From the NCBI GenBank assembly GCA_963665235.2, contig CAXXLX010000001.1, forward strand, positions 4,224,001-4,288,000: a stretch of 64,000 bases of DNA, read 5' to 3'. Source of the stretch: Candidatus Poribacteria bacterium. GTDB taxonomy: Bacteria > Poribacteria > WGA-4E > WGA-3G. Positions 40,489 to 51,154 of the stretch are shown here, in pieces; position 1 is the first letter of the stretch; each line of letters begins with the position of its first letter. Under the pieces are notes generated by a model. It saw only the letters and a program-made list of their open reading frames with translations. It ran no database searches and had not been told where the DNA came from. Both the position numbers and the translations under genes were made by a program.

Positions 40489-41802
40489 ATGCTAAAGCGT
40501 GTCAAAATTCAGGGGTATAAATCTCTAGCGGACGTTGAGGTACATCTCGGCCATCTCGCCGTACTTGTCGGACCGAACGCCTCAGGAAAAAGCAACTTCC
40601 TCGATGCGTTGCAACTGCTGTCACGCTTAGCCACCTGTCAGACACTGAAAAAAGCGTTCGCACCCCCGCATCGGGGGTTTCCTTTAGAATCTTTCACCTT
40701 TGGAGAATCAGGCATCGCGGGGCTACGAGAACAAGAGAACGTGTCGTTCTGTATCGAGGCGGATATTCAGTTAACACCCACGGTCATAGAAAATGTCAAC
40801 TCCCAAATACAGAAAATGACACCCACGAGGGGTAACAATACAGGCAAAAATGCATCAAAGCGATTAACGCTTGTGTGTGAGAAAAACCTCCGGTACCGTA
40901 TTACAATTGAAATGCTACCGAAGTTAGGCACCCTGCGGGTAGCAGATGAATATCTCGTCGCCCTCAGCAAAAAAGGAGCAGTGAAACAGAATAGGAAACC
41001 GTTTTTACAACGTGTTGACGATGAACTGCATCTGCGTTTAGAGGGAGAAACACATGCAGCACGCTATAAGCAGCCGCTCGACCAGACCATCTTATCCATG
41101 CCCCATTCTCCGCTACACTACCCACACGTAGTCGCGCTCCAGCACGAATTCGCCAACTACTTCACACACTATTTTGAACCTCGAGAACGTATGCGGATAC
41201 CTACACCTGCCGCTGAAGTTCACCATATCGGATTGATGGGAGAAGACCTCGCGGGGTACCTCAACACATTGAGAACGCACAATCAACGACAGTTCGAATC
41301 CATAGCGAAAGCCCTCCAGCGTATAGTGCCTGCTGTAACCGGAATCGATGTCTGTGTGAATAAAGTAGGAGAGGTCGAACTACACCTCCTCGAAGGTGAA
41401 AAGCGGATTTCTGCACGGTTGCTATCGGATGGAACGCTCCGAATTCTGGGACTTTTAGCACTCGTCGGTTCAGAAAAACCACCGACACTCATAGGATTTG
41501 AAGAACCAGAAAACGGGGCACATCCACGTTACATAGATCTGATAGCCAAATTTTTAGACACCCGCAGGCTCCTTGAACGCACCCAGTACATCGTGACGAC
41601 ACATTCACCGCTTTTAACAGAATTTATTCGCCCCGAATTTTTCTATGTCTGTCACAAGGTTGATAGGAATACAACAATAGAACCCTTTTTGACGCGTGTG
41701 CAATCGTTATGGCCGAAATTAAATCTAAAAGAAGCCATGAAAAAAAACAAAAATGATATGTCCATTCCCAATCGTATCTTACGGGGAGATCTGGATGTAT
41801 AA
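40489..41802 (+). CDS. AAA_21 ABC-type ATPase
   Basis: GPNASGKSN, LSDGTLR, FEEPENG, TTHS. Confidence 0.9.
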   Translation: MLKRVKIQGYKSLADVEVHLGHLAVLVGPNASGKSNFLDALQLLSRLATCQTLKKAFAPPHRGFPLESFTFGESGIAGLREQENVSFCIEADIQLTPTVIENVNSQIQKMTPTRGNNTGKNASKRLTLVCEKNLRYRITIEMLPKLGTLRVADEYLVALSKKGAVKQNRKPFLQRVDDELHLRLEGETHAARYKQPLDQTILSMPHSPLHYPHVVALQHEFANYFTHYFEPRERMRIPTPAAEVHHIGLMGEDLAGYLNTLRTHNQRQFESIAKALQRIVPAVTGIDVCVNKVGEVELHLLEGEKRISARLLSDGTLRILGLLALVGSEKPPTLIGFEEPENGAHPRYIDLIAKFLDTRRLLERTQYIVTTHSPLLTEFIRPEFFYVCHKVDRNTTIEPFLTRVQSLWPKLNLKEAMKKNKNDMSIPNRILRGDLDV

Positions 41803-42821
41803 TATCAGTCTTTTCGTTGAAGATCGAATCCAGGAGCGTTTTATCGTAACTCTGGTGCAACGTTTTGCGGAAACATATCAGGTAAAAATCAGCATCACGC
41901 CGCATAGTGTGCGCGGCGGAAGTGGAACAGTCATTACGCAATTGAGACAATATCAACGAGACTTGCAGCGCAATCAAGAAGAATTTCCTGATCTCATCAT
42001 CGCGGGGACAGATAGCAATTGCAAAGGGTTTTTGGAACGCGAAAGGGAGATTAGTCAGGCCATTTCCGATTTTATCCGTTTAGTCATCATTGCAATACCT
42101 GAGCCCCATATTGAAAGGTGGTTGCTTCTCGATTCAGCAGCATTCAAAGCTGTGTTCGGCAAAGGTTGTCCAGCACCTGATTAGAAATGTGAACAAGACC
42201 GCTACAAGCGTATGCTGCTAAATGCCATAGCTGAAGCAGGCATAATGCCAACCCTAGATGGCATTGAGCAGATAGAAGACCTTGTTAATGCCATGGATTT
42301 GCAACGGTTGGCACAAAACGACCGGTCTGTGATAGACCCCCAGCTAAAGCAAGGGGGCTTCCGCAAAGTTATGCGAAAGCGTTCGTGCGATTAACGACCT
42401 TGTTTAGAAAACCTATAGCGGTTCTCCAGGGACAGAAGCCTACTGCAACAGTCGCTACCCCGACTGCGACACCGAAGTGTCCTTGTGAAATTTGTTTTGA
42501 GTCGTATTGTTCAAACGGGTTTCAGCATTACCTGTCTTTCCCTACTAACGACTGTCATGCTACACTTTCTGACTACGACATTAGAGCTTTACACTATAGG
42601 AAGTCTAATCATGAGGCGCGTAACTGCCCTCTATAGCAACCGTACACTCTAACTATTTAAACGAAAAATAGTCTAAAAGGTTTAGTGTGCAATCAAAGTT
42701 TTTAGCGGTGTCTACATCCCCCAGCTAAAGCTTGGGGGTTTTGACACCGAATATTATGATAAACAGATTCCTAAGCGCGCTACACCGCCAGTTCAGAACT
42801 TGGCAACAGACAGAGAATTGA
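41795..42821 (+). pseudogene. DUF4276-like TOPRIM partner broken by a TAG and an IS605-type insertion
   Basis: LFVED, TDSNC, PEPHIERWLLLD; in-frame TAG at 42182-42184; removing 42329-42758 restores ..NDRS-INRFLSALHRQFRTWQQTEN*. Confidence 0.8.
42329..42758 (-). mobile_element. Non-autonomous IS200/IS605-family element with no tnpA or tnpB
   Basis: Matching subterminal hairpins CCCCC..GCTTTAGCTGGGGG at both ends; inserted 3' of TTTAT; right end GAAGCCCCC...TCAC; no target duplication. Confidence 0.85.
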
Positions 42822-42846
42822 GCACAGCAATACGGCATCATTTTTC

Positions 42847-44460
42847 TCAAAGACCCGCTGCATGCCGTCCTGCAGCCGGGTCACCCGCAGCAGCGTAAGT
42901 TCCGCTATCCTTGTCAATATAGAGCATAACAGGCGCCGCAATAGCCCCTGCCTGTGCCCTAACCTGATGCCCCCGATTGATAAGTTCTTGCCGAACGTTC
43001 TCACTGACACTGTCATTGATAGTCAATGAACCGGGCCCTTTAAACGTCTGCCCTCGGTTCGGATTCGGATCGAATGAATCTTCGTGATGGGCGGTAGCAA
43101 AACGTGGTGCTGTGACCGCGTCTTCAGGCCGCATCCCGAACGCAGTAAAATTGAGCAACAAATTCAGCGTTGCCTGATCTTGTAGGTCGCCTCCCGCAAC
43201 GCTAATTGCTAAAATCGGTGCGCCATCCTTAAGAACTAACGTAGGCGTAAGCGTAATCCGCGGACGCTTTCCGGGCTGAATACAGTTCGGATGCCCCGGC
43301 GTTGTGTTAAGACTCCGCAAGCGGTTGCCATAACTGACACCGGTTGGACCGACCATACCGCCTGCATGATACACGTTCGCGCTCGGTGTAGCAGAAACAA
43401 CATTCCCCCATCGGTCAGCAATCACACAAGTCGTCGTTCCGCCTACGCCCGGTCTGAAGAGACCATCCGCTTTTAGCGGTTGCATGTTATCTACATCGCC
43501 CGGCCGGGCTTCGTTTGATGCCGTTTCCATATCAATTAACGGACGGCGGATGTCGTTATAAGCATCGGAAAGCAGGGCAGATAACGGAACATCCACAAAT
43601 TCCGGATCGCCGTAGTATGCATCCCGATCGGCCATCGCCAACTTGAGCGCCTCTGTGACCACATGCACATAATCTGCCGACAGGTGGCCCATCGTTTCGA
43701 GGTCAAAACCTTCCAACAGACGCAACGCTTGACAGAGGTAAGGCCCTTGTGTCCACGGGCCACACTTACACACCGTATATCCCTGGTATTCTACTGTTAC
43801 AGGGTCTTCAATCGGGGTGGTATGTGCAGCGAGGTCTCTCTTACGGAGAAAACCGTCCTTTTCAATATAAAAACCCTCTAATGCATCCGCGATATCGCTA
43901 TTAGCTCCATTCCGTCCGTAAAACCGATCGCTTGCAGCTTGAACTTTTTTCTCACGACTTCCAGCTGTCTTCCGCTCCTCCTCTACCATCCGCCGCAGTG
44001 TAACTGCCAAATCAGCATGCCAATCTGCCCCACCTGCATCAAGCAGTGCCAATGTAGGCGCGACGATGTCCTCGAACGTCATGGTCCCATACTGCTTGAG
44101 TGTAGTCGTGCAGAGGTCTACGACTGATGGGACAGGTGCCATTTTGATGTCCCAATTGGGAATACCGTTTTCCATGTACCAATCAACAGCATCTTGCGAA
44201 AGCGGGGCGCGTCCTTGTCCAGCGAGCGATTTCACCTCCTGCTTCTCCGCGTCAAAGATAAGAAGTGGCACCTCCCCGCCGATAGAGCAAGCCCCGTGGT
44301 CCGTGACATTGAGTGCAAGGATTGTTCCCGCCGCTGCGTCTGCCGCGTTTCCACCAGCTTCCAAAATTTCAATTCCCGCTGCAACTGCCTTTGCCCCCCC
44401 TGCAGCAACAACCCCAGTTTTACTAACCGCTTTCCAACCAATTTCTTGTGTGTTTGGCAT
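42847..44460 (-). CDS. ggt: Gamma-glutamyltransferase family protein
   Basis: GGNAADAA, LAMADRDAYYGDP, catalytic TTT..D.WGN, PGKRP. Confidence 0.88.
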   Translation of the reverse strand: MPNTQEIGWKAVSKTGVVAAGGAKAVAAGIEILEAGGNAADAAAGTILALNVTDHGACSIGGEVPLLIFDAEKQEVKSLAGQGRAPLSQDAVDWYMENGIPNWDIKMAPVPSVVDLCTTTLKQYGTMTFEDIVAPTLALLDAGGADWHADLAVTLRRMVEEERKTAGSREKKVQAASDRFYGRNGANSDIADALEGFYIEKDGFLRKRDLAAHTTPIEDPVTVEYQGYTVCKCGPWTQGPYLCQALRLLEGFDLETMGHLSADYVHVVTEALKLAMADRDAYYGDPEFVDVPLSALLSDAYNDIRRPLIDMETASNEARPGDVDNMQPLKADGLFRPGVGGTTTCVIADRWGNVVSATPSANVYHAGGMVGPTGVSYGNRLRSLNTTPGHPNCIQPGKRPRITLTPTLVLKDGAPILAISVAGGDLQDQATLNLLLNFTAFGMRPEDAVTAPRFATAHHEDSFDPNPNRGQTFKGPGSLTINDSVSENVRQELINRGHQVRAQAGAIAAPVMLYIDKDSGTYAAAGDPAAGRHAAGL

Positions 44461-44713
44461 TGATTTTCCTCTGTTTTAGTGTTATCTTCGTTCAACTTCT
44501 CAAATCCTCTCTTTGCCTTATAGCATAGCACAAAATTTTATCTTGTGCAACGCCTAAATCCAAAATGAAAAAATAAGGTTTCGAAATATTTAACGCGAAA
44601 ACCCCCGGCACCATTTTTCTCAATTTTATTACTTGAATAATAAACGGAATTCGGTTAGAATTCTGTTCAAGCAGCAAACCTTGAAATAGCGCGGCAACTC
44701 CTCTGGTGTTCAC

Positions 44714-45316
44714 ATGGAAATTCCAAATATCTTTATACTCGGTGAAGATTCGCAAGCGGGAACATACATCCTGCGAATCCAGCTTCAAGAAAATAAGAGC
44801 TTACAATTCGGGCGATTTAAGAGAGGCAAACGGATCTCACTTCCCGCAGGGGTTTACACTTATGTCGGCTCCGCACTTTCGGAAAAAGGGTCTACTTCGC
44901 TAGCGCGACGGCTTGTTCGACATGCAACGCGAAGTGGTGAAAAACCGCCACACGCCATCAGAGCAGAAATGTTAAAACAATTCCTTGAAGGTAGTTTGGG
45001 ACCTCCCGACCCGCTTCCCAAAAACGGCAAAAAATTGTTTTGGAATATCGATTTTCTGCTGGATTTAGAAGCAGCCGAAATCACCCATGTCATCCTAATT
45101 CGCTCGCCTGAACGTTTGGAATCGACAATCGCACAGCTCCTCGAACAGACCGCAGGCACAAAGATAATCGAGAAGGGATTAGGCGCAAATGATGCCCCCG
45201 GTAATACCCACATATTGCATGTCACCGCAGCTGAGACGTGGTGGACATCTTTAGCGGAAAATATTTTATTCTGTCAACATTGGCTTAAATCCAGAAAATC
45301 TAACCAACTAGCATAG
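44714..45316 (+). CDS. DUF123 / GIY-YIG nuclease
   Basis: GTYIL, GVYTYVGSA, WNIDFLL. Confidence 0.8.
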   Translation: MEIPNIFILGEDSQAGTYILRIQLQENKSLQFGRFKRGKRISLPAGVYTYVGSALSEKGSTSLARRLVRHATRSGEKPPHAIRAEMLKQFLEGSLGPPDPLPKNGKKLFWNIDFLLDLEAAEITHVILIRSPERLESTIAQLLEQTAGTKIIEKGLGANDAPGNTHILHVTAAETWWTSLAENILFCQHWLKSRKSNQLA

Positions 45317-45328
45317 AAAGGCTCAGCT

Positions 45329-46765
45329 ATGGCACAATCTCCGAATATTCTCTTTCTTCTTACCGACCAACAACGTTTCGATTCGCTCAGTTGCAACGGT
45401 GCCCCTATTTGCAGAACACCCGCTATTGACGAAATCGCTGAAACCGGCATGCGTTTCACAAAGGCCTACACGCCAATAGCACTCTGTTCGCCAGCACGTG
45501 CATCCCTGCTCACGGGGCTCTATCCACACAATCACGGGCAGCTGTCAAACATGGGAAATTTCAACGGTGTATTCGCAAACCAGCTCCTTGACAAACCCGC
45601 GTACCCACAACTTCTGAAAGCAGCAGGTTATAATGTAGCCTGTGTCGGAAAATGGCATCTCGCCAAACAGGGTGACACCGAGTTCTGGGGATACGATAAA
45701 TGGCATCCTTATAACGAGTGGCATCAGTGGCTCCGAGACGATGAAATTGACTTCCGAATTGATAGAGACGCGGTTCAACCCCTTGAATGGGGCGGCGAGG
45801 CACCCTTCTACGGAAAACATCCGCTCTCTGCCGAACGCACAATGGAGGCATGGACAGCAGATAAAACAATTGAACTCATCAATGGATACACAGATTCCGA
45901 GCAGCCCTTTATGATTGCCGCGAATTTCTTCGGACCCCATTTCCCTTATGCTGTCCCCGCACCTTACGATACGATGTACGACTCGGATACCGTTCCCCAG
46001 TGGGGCAACTTTGATGAACAGTTTATCAACAAACCGCTCATCCAGCAGAAGGAGATGCTCCGATGGAACACCAGCCACCTGACATGGCCCGATTGGCAAA
46101 AGGTTATCGCCGCTTACTGGGGATTCTGCACCTTCATCGATGACCAACTCCAGCGAATTTTCAATTGCCTTGAAGAAAAGGGACTTACAGAAAACACCAT
46201 CGTTATCTTTTCAACGGACCACGGCGACATGCTCGGCAGCCACCGACTTTTTAACAAGGGTTTTCACATGTACGAGGAAACACACCACATCCCACTCGTT
46301 ATCCGCTGGCCGGGGATAACATCTCCCGGAACAACCTGTGATGAATTTGTGAACCTCGTCGATCTGATGCCCACATTTTTGGAAATGGCGGGTGCAACAG
46401 TACCGAATAATCTCGATGGTCGGTCTATCCTACCGTTGCTGAAAGGCGAAACCGTAGCAGATTGGCCAGATGACATATTCGCCGAATTTCATGGATACGA
46501 AGCCACGCTCGCCTCTGTGCGGATGGTGCGGACCGATTCCTGGAAATACGTCTACAATCCCTACAGTCAAGACGAACTCTACGACATGCAAAGCGACCCG
46601 CATGAACTCCATAACCTTGCAACACACCTTGGCTACAAACACGTGCTCCGTCGAATGAAAGAACGGATGGTCAATCGGTTGCGTGAAACGCGAGATAACA
46701 TCGTCATGGAAGGCGGATGGCAGAGCAATTCCTATGATCTGCTTGTGTCCGGGAGGGAACAATAG
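45329..46765 (+). CDS. Cys-type sulfatase
   Basis: CSPARASLLTG, GKWH, TDHG. Confidence 0.93.
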   Translation: MAQSPNILFLLTDQQRFDSLSCNGAPICRTPAIDEIAETGMRFTKAYTPIALCSPARASLLTGLYPHNHGQLSNMGNFNGVFANQLLDKPAYPQLLKAAGYNVACVGKWHLAKQGDTEFWGYDKWHPYNEWHQWLRDDEIDFRIDRDAVQPLEWGGEAPFYGKHPLSAERTMEAWTADKTIELINGYTDSEQPFMIAANFFGPHFPYAVPAPYDTMYDSDTVPQWGNFDEQFINKPLIQQKEMLRWNTSHLTWPDWQKVIAAYWGFCTFIDDQLQRIFNCLEEKGLTENTIVIFSTDHGDMLGSHRLFNKGFHMYEETHHIPLVIRWPGITSPGTTCDEFVNLVDLMPTFLEMAGATVPNNLDGRSILPLLKGETVADWPDDIFAEFHGYEATLASVRMVRTDSWKYVYNPYSQDELYDMQSDPHELHNLATHLGYKHVLRRMKERMVNRLRETRDNIVMEGGWQSNSYDLLVSGREQ

Positions 46766-46770
46766 CAATA

Positions 46771-46878
46771 GTAGGGGCGAGGTGACCTCGCCCTACGAAC
46801 AGGGCGAGGTCACCTCGCCCTACGAACAGGGCGGGGAAACCTCGCCCTACGAACAGGGCGGGGAAACCCCGCCCCTAC
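46771..46878. repeat. Four tandem 27-28-bp GTAG/CTAC REP palindromes
   Basis: AGGGCGAGGTCACCTCGCCCTACGAAC and variants, directly after the sulfatase stop. Confidence 0.88.
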
Positions 46879-47023
46879 GCACCGCAACTCCTAACGGAAC
46901 AGAAGGACTACAATTAAACCTGCATAATGTCTAATTTCTCTTTGCTATCATACCGTTGAACATGCTATAATAGTAAACGTTACACAATTTAAGAAACCTT
47001 TCCGAGAATAAAGGAGACAAAAT

Positions 47024-47803
47024 ATGCGAAAATTGATTTTAGTTTTGGGATTAACTTGTGCAATCGCTTGGCTGCTCCCGCAGGCGAGCACCGCCAAACT
47101 TGACCCGGAAACCGCTGTCGGTGTCTGGCTATTTGATGAAAACAGGGGCGACACTGCCGCGGATTCTTCAGGAAAAGAGCATACTGGCACGCTCAACGGT
47201 GCCAAATGGACAGACGGAAAATTCGGAGCTGGCCTCGAATTTGATGGCGGACAGTCGGTGTCCATCGAATCAACGCCGGACTTACAACTCGGTAGTGAAT
47301 TCACTATGATGGCTTGGTTTTTTGCCACAGATATCGCGAGTTGGCGACAACTCATCGCTAAAAACGCCGAGTATCTTTTACGAATCGACCCCCCTGGAGA
47401 ACAAAACAGGATGTCTGCATTTGTCCACCTCGGCGGATGGGAACCGAGAGCCTCATCACGGGTACCAGAGACAAAGGAGTGGATCCACTTCGCTGCAACT
47501 TATGATAAAGGCAAAAACGCTGACCAACTTGTCGTGTACGTCAACGGGAAAGAGGCAGGCAAAAGCACACGCGCCGGCAACCCCGTCGGAACCAATAATC
47601 CGGTTACCATCGGACGCTGGAATAACGGTTCATACTTCTTCGGTATCATTGACGAAGTCGCCATATTTAAAGCTGTGCTGAGTGAAGACGATTTGGGAAC
47701 CATTATGGAACACGGGTTGGATAAAGCACTTGGCGGCGTAGCCGCTGTCGATGCGTCTAACAAACTCGCCACGACATGGGGAACTCTCAAAACCGCTAGA
47801 TAG
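47024..47803 (+). CDS. Secreted LamG protein with KLATTWG tail
   Basis: Signal peptide, WIHFAATYD, IDEVAIF; tail VDASNKLATTWGTLK. Confidence 0.87.
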   Translation: MRKLILVLGLTCAIAWLLPQASTAKLDPETAVGVWLFDENRGDTAADSSGKEHTGTLNGAKWTDGKFGAGLEFDGGQSVSIESTPDLQLGSEFTMMAWFFATDIASWRQLIAKNAEYLLRIDPPGEQNRMSAFVHLGGWEPRASSRVPETKEWIHFAATYDKGKNADQLVVYVNGKEAGKSTRAGNPVGTNNPVTIGRWNNGSYFFGIIDEVAIFKAVLSEDDLGTIMEHGLDKALGGVAAVDASNKLATTWGTLKTAR

Positions 47804-47916
47804 CCTGACTATATATCTGATTCTAAAAAGGGCGGAGCTTATTAGCATCCGCCCCATCTCAAAAAAACATATCCGAACGTTCAAAAAAATAAACATTAAG
47901 GAGAAAACTAACCCTT

Positions 47917-50900
47917 ATGTCCATCCCCAAAATGTCCGTAAACAACCCTGTTTTAGCCAACATGCTGATGATTCTTATTATCGTCTTTGGGACATACGCC
48001 TGGATAAACCTACCGCGAGAACTCACACCGGAGATCGCGCTCCAAAACGTTACCGTAACAACGTTGTACCCGGGGGCATCCCCAGAAGAGGTAGAAAAAC
48101 TCGTTACCGCTCCTATTGAAGACTCAATAGAAGAAAACGTTAACAAAATCAATTGGATGCTCTCCACCTCTTCTGAGGGCAGGTCTATTATCTCAGTCGA
48201 TTTTGATGAGATGAGCGACCGGGATTTTGACAAGGAGCTTGAAAACCTACGCACTGCGGTAGAATTAGTAAACGACTTGCCAGCGGACATTTTGGACGAC
48301 CCGCGGGTGGAGGAATTAGATGTTTCCTCCGGTTTTCCGATGTTGACAATTGTCGTCGGCGGCACCATCTCCGAGTCACAGATGCGGGATATCGCCGAGA
48401 ATCTGAAGGACGAAATACTAGAAATTAAAAATATTGCATCCGTACAAATCGCCGGACTTCGCGAACGAGAAATCTGGATTGAAGTCAATCCCCAGCGTTT
48501 AAAAGCCTATAATCTTCCAATTAGTGCCGTTCTCACCGGGTTGCAAGCGAAAAATTTAAACCTCCCCGCAGGAACGATGGACATCGCGAATACGGAGTTT
48601 ATGGTCCGCACAATGGGAGAATTCCGTGACCCGGACAGCATCGGCGATACAATTCTCGCCGTTCACCCCACAGGAACACCGCTCCGGCTCAGCGACGTTG
48701 CTACAATTTCTGATACATATCAGGAAGCGCGAACGCTTTCACGGATTGATGGACAACCCTCAATCAGCCTCAGCGTTCAGAAGAAGAAAGAGGGAAATAC
48801 CATCTCTTTGGTCGCAGAACTTCGCGACTTAGTTAAAAAACGCCAAACGGAACTTCCTGAAGGGGCGGTGCTAACACCGGTCAACGATTATTCCGTAATC
48901 TTGAAAGAACGGTTGGGCATTCTTGAAACGAACGCTGTTTTCGGACTTATACTCGTTATACTGATGCTTTTCATTTTTATCGGATGGCGTAATGCGCTGT
49001 TTGCTGCACTCGGCATTCCGGTAGCCTTCATGGCAACGTTCTGGTTCATGTCAATGGCAGGATACACGCTCAGTGGCGTTGCCCTATTTGGTCTCATCTT
49101 AGTCGTTGGAATTGTTGTTGACGACGCTATCGTTGTCATAGAGAACACATACCGACATATCGAGGCAGGTGAACCTCCGAAAGTTGCCGCCGTTCGTGGC
49201 GCAGAAGAGGTCGGCTGGCCAGTCGTCGCAGCAAGCTTAACAACAATTGGCGCGTTTGGGCCCCTGATGTTTATGTCCGGGGTTTCAGGACAGTTTATGC
49301 GGATAGTGCCAATAATGGCGATTATCGTCTTGATGGCCTCCCTCTTCGAAGTTTTCGTTATCCTACCAGCACACATCTCTGAATGGGGAAAAGCCAGACA
49401 TCAAACAGGACGCAGCAGACTTGAAGGTATACGAACCCGCTCAAGGAATGTCTTTACCTTAAGTATCCTCTTTACCGGCTTCTTCGCATGGTTTGCCCTA
49501 TTTTTCGATTTCATACGGAGCCGATACGTCAGAATCCTAAAAATTACGCTCCGCCGCAGGTATATATTTGTCGGAAGCGTTCTCCTCATCGGTTTAATCT
49601 CATGCATAAGCGCGTTTATCGTGCTTGACAAAGAGCTCTTCCCTGGTGAAGATTTTCCACAATTCTACGTCAAAGCAGAGATGCCACCCTCTTACGGTAT
49701 ACAAGAAACAGCAGCTGTCATGGCACAAATTGAAAATGCTGCGAAAGAACTCCCAGCAGATGAAGTCGCTGCACTTGTTAGCAACATCGGTTTACATACG
49801 CCTACGACGGGCCTCCTTGAAGGAATTACCTACGGCTCCAATTTTGCCGAACTTATCGTCGAACTCGTCCCTAAAGATAAACGCATCCGCAATACCGACC
49901 AAGTTATCGATGAACTGCGGGAAAAAACCAAAAAGATTAGTGGACTCGAAAAAGAAGCCAATTTTGCCAAAATTCAGGGCGGCCCCCCACAAGGACAAGA
50001 CGTTGAGGTGAAAGTCAAAGGGGACCAATTTGAACAGTTATCAGAAATCGCTGCACAGCTTAAAAGCACATTGCGCGGAATAGATGGCGTGGAAGACATT
50101 CGAGACGATTTACGTATCGGTAAATCTGAATTACGCATCTATTTGAAACCTGAAAAAGCAGCACAATTCGGAATGTCAACACTCCAAATCGCACAAACTG
50201 TCCGAACAGCCATAGAAGGCGCGAAAGCCACAACCTACCGCGAGGCTGATGAAGCGATTGATGTCATCGTCAAATACAGTGAAGACCGCTTACAAACCCT
50301 CGAAGAACTTAACGAACTACTTATAGCAACCCCCACCGGGACGATTATTCCGCTAAAAGATGTCGCCGAAATCGTAGAAGAAAAAGGTTACGCGGATATT
50401 AAACGTTTCGAAGGCGAACGGGCAATCACTGTTTATGCAGTTGTCGATAGGACAAAAACAACACCTTTTGAAGTGAACCAAGCCTTAATGAATACGTTTG
50501 CCGATATTGAATCTCTGTATCCAGGCTACCGCCTCGATTTCCGGGGAGTCTTCGACGAAATACGGGAATCTTTTTCAGAGTTATGGAAACTTTTTATCGT
50601 CGGGGTGCTTGTAATTTATATGATATTGGGAGCGCAATTCAAATCCTTTATTCAACCGATTATTATTCTTTTTGCTGTGCCGTTCGGAATGATCGGGGCA
50701 ATGGTCGGTTTGCTCTTTTCTAATGCAACGCTCAGCCTCATTGCCATGTTTGGAATTGTCGCACTCGCCGGTATCGTTGTCAACGACTCAATTGTACTTA
50801 TCGATTTTATCAACAGGTACCGGGAGCGCGGTTATAACAAATGGTATGCGATTCTGAAAGGGGGAAGCCTCCGTTTACGCCCAATTATCTTAACCTCGTT

Positions 50901-51147
50901 GACCACCATCATCGGTCTGATACCGATGGCAGTCGGACTCGGTGGCAAATCGCCTATATGGATGCCGATGGCGAACACCATCATCTTCGGGCTTGCCTTT
51001 GCAACGATTATGACACTGTTTGTAATGCCAGCACTTTACGCCATCATAACCGACCTGCGCGGCTTCTTCTTAAAAGATGCCGAGGCACGATTCCGACTCG
51101 TTTCAGATGATGACTTGCTGGGCGAAGCTGCCCCAGCTGATGATTAA
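47917..51147 (+). CDS. RND efflux permease (AcrB/CzcA family)
   Basis: GIVVDDAIVVIEN, GIVVNDSIVL, RLRPIILT. Confidence 0.93.
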   Translation: MSIPKMSVNNPVLANMLMILIIVFGTYAWINLPRELTPEIALQNVTVTTLYPGASPEEVEKLVTAPIEDSIEENVNKINWMLSTSSEGRSIISVDFDEMSDRDFDKELENLRTAVELVNDLPADILDDPRVEELDVSSGFPMLTIVVGGTISESQMRDIAENLKDEILEIKNIASVQIAGLREREIWIEVNPQRLKAYNLPISAVLTGLQAKNLNLPAGTMDIANTEFMVRTMGEFRDPDSIGDTILAVHPTGTPLRLSDVATISDTYQEARTLSRIDGQPSISLSVQKKKEGNTISLVAELRDLVKKRQTELPEGAVLTPVNDYSVILKERLGILETNAVFGLILVILMLFIFIGWRNALFAALGIPVAFMATFWFMSMAGYTLSGVALFGLILVVGIVVDDAIVVIENTYRHIEAGEPPKVAAVRGAEEVGWPVVAASLTTIGAFGPLMFMSGVSGQFMRIVPIMAIIVLMASLFEVFVILPAHISEWGKARHQTGRSRLEGIRTRSRNVFTLSILFTGFFAWFALFFDFIRSRYVRILKITLRRRYIFVGSVLLIGLISCISAFIVLDKELFPGEDFPQFYVKAEMPPSYGIQETAAVMAQIENAAKELPADEVAALVSNIGLHTPTTGLLEGITYGSNFAELIVELVPKDKRIRNTDQVIDELREKTKKISGLEKEANFAKIQGGPPQGQDVEVKVKGDQFEQLSEIAAQLKSTLRGIDGVEDIRDDLRIGKSELRIYLKPEKAAQFGMSTLQIAQTVRTAIEGAKATTYREADEAIDVIVKYSEDRLQTLEELNELLIATPTGTIIPLKDVAEIVEEKGYADIKRFEGERAITVYAVVDRTKTTPFEVNQALMNTFADIESLYPGYRLDFRGVFDEIRESFSELWKLFIVGVLVIYMILGAQFKSFIQPIIILFAVPFGMIGAMVGLLFSNATLSLIAMFGIVALAGIVVNDSIVLIDFINRYRERGYNKWYAILKGGSLRLRPIILTSLTTIIGLIPMAVGLGGKSPIWMPMANTIIFGLAFATIMTLFVMPALYAIITDLRGFFLKDAEARFRLVSDDDLLGEAAPADD

Positions 51148-51154
51148 ATAGAAT

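Noticed and set aside
42385-42636. 83-aa ORF inside the IS605-type element as a TnpB fragment
   Set aside because: It lies on the strand opposite to the element orientation and has no recognisable RuvC or TnpB motifs
46771-46878. CRISPR array
   Set aside because: Abutting REP palindromes with no spacers
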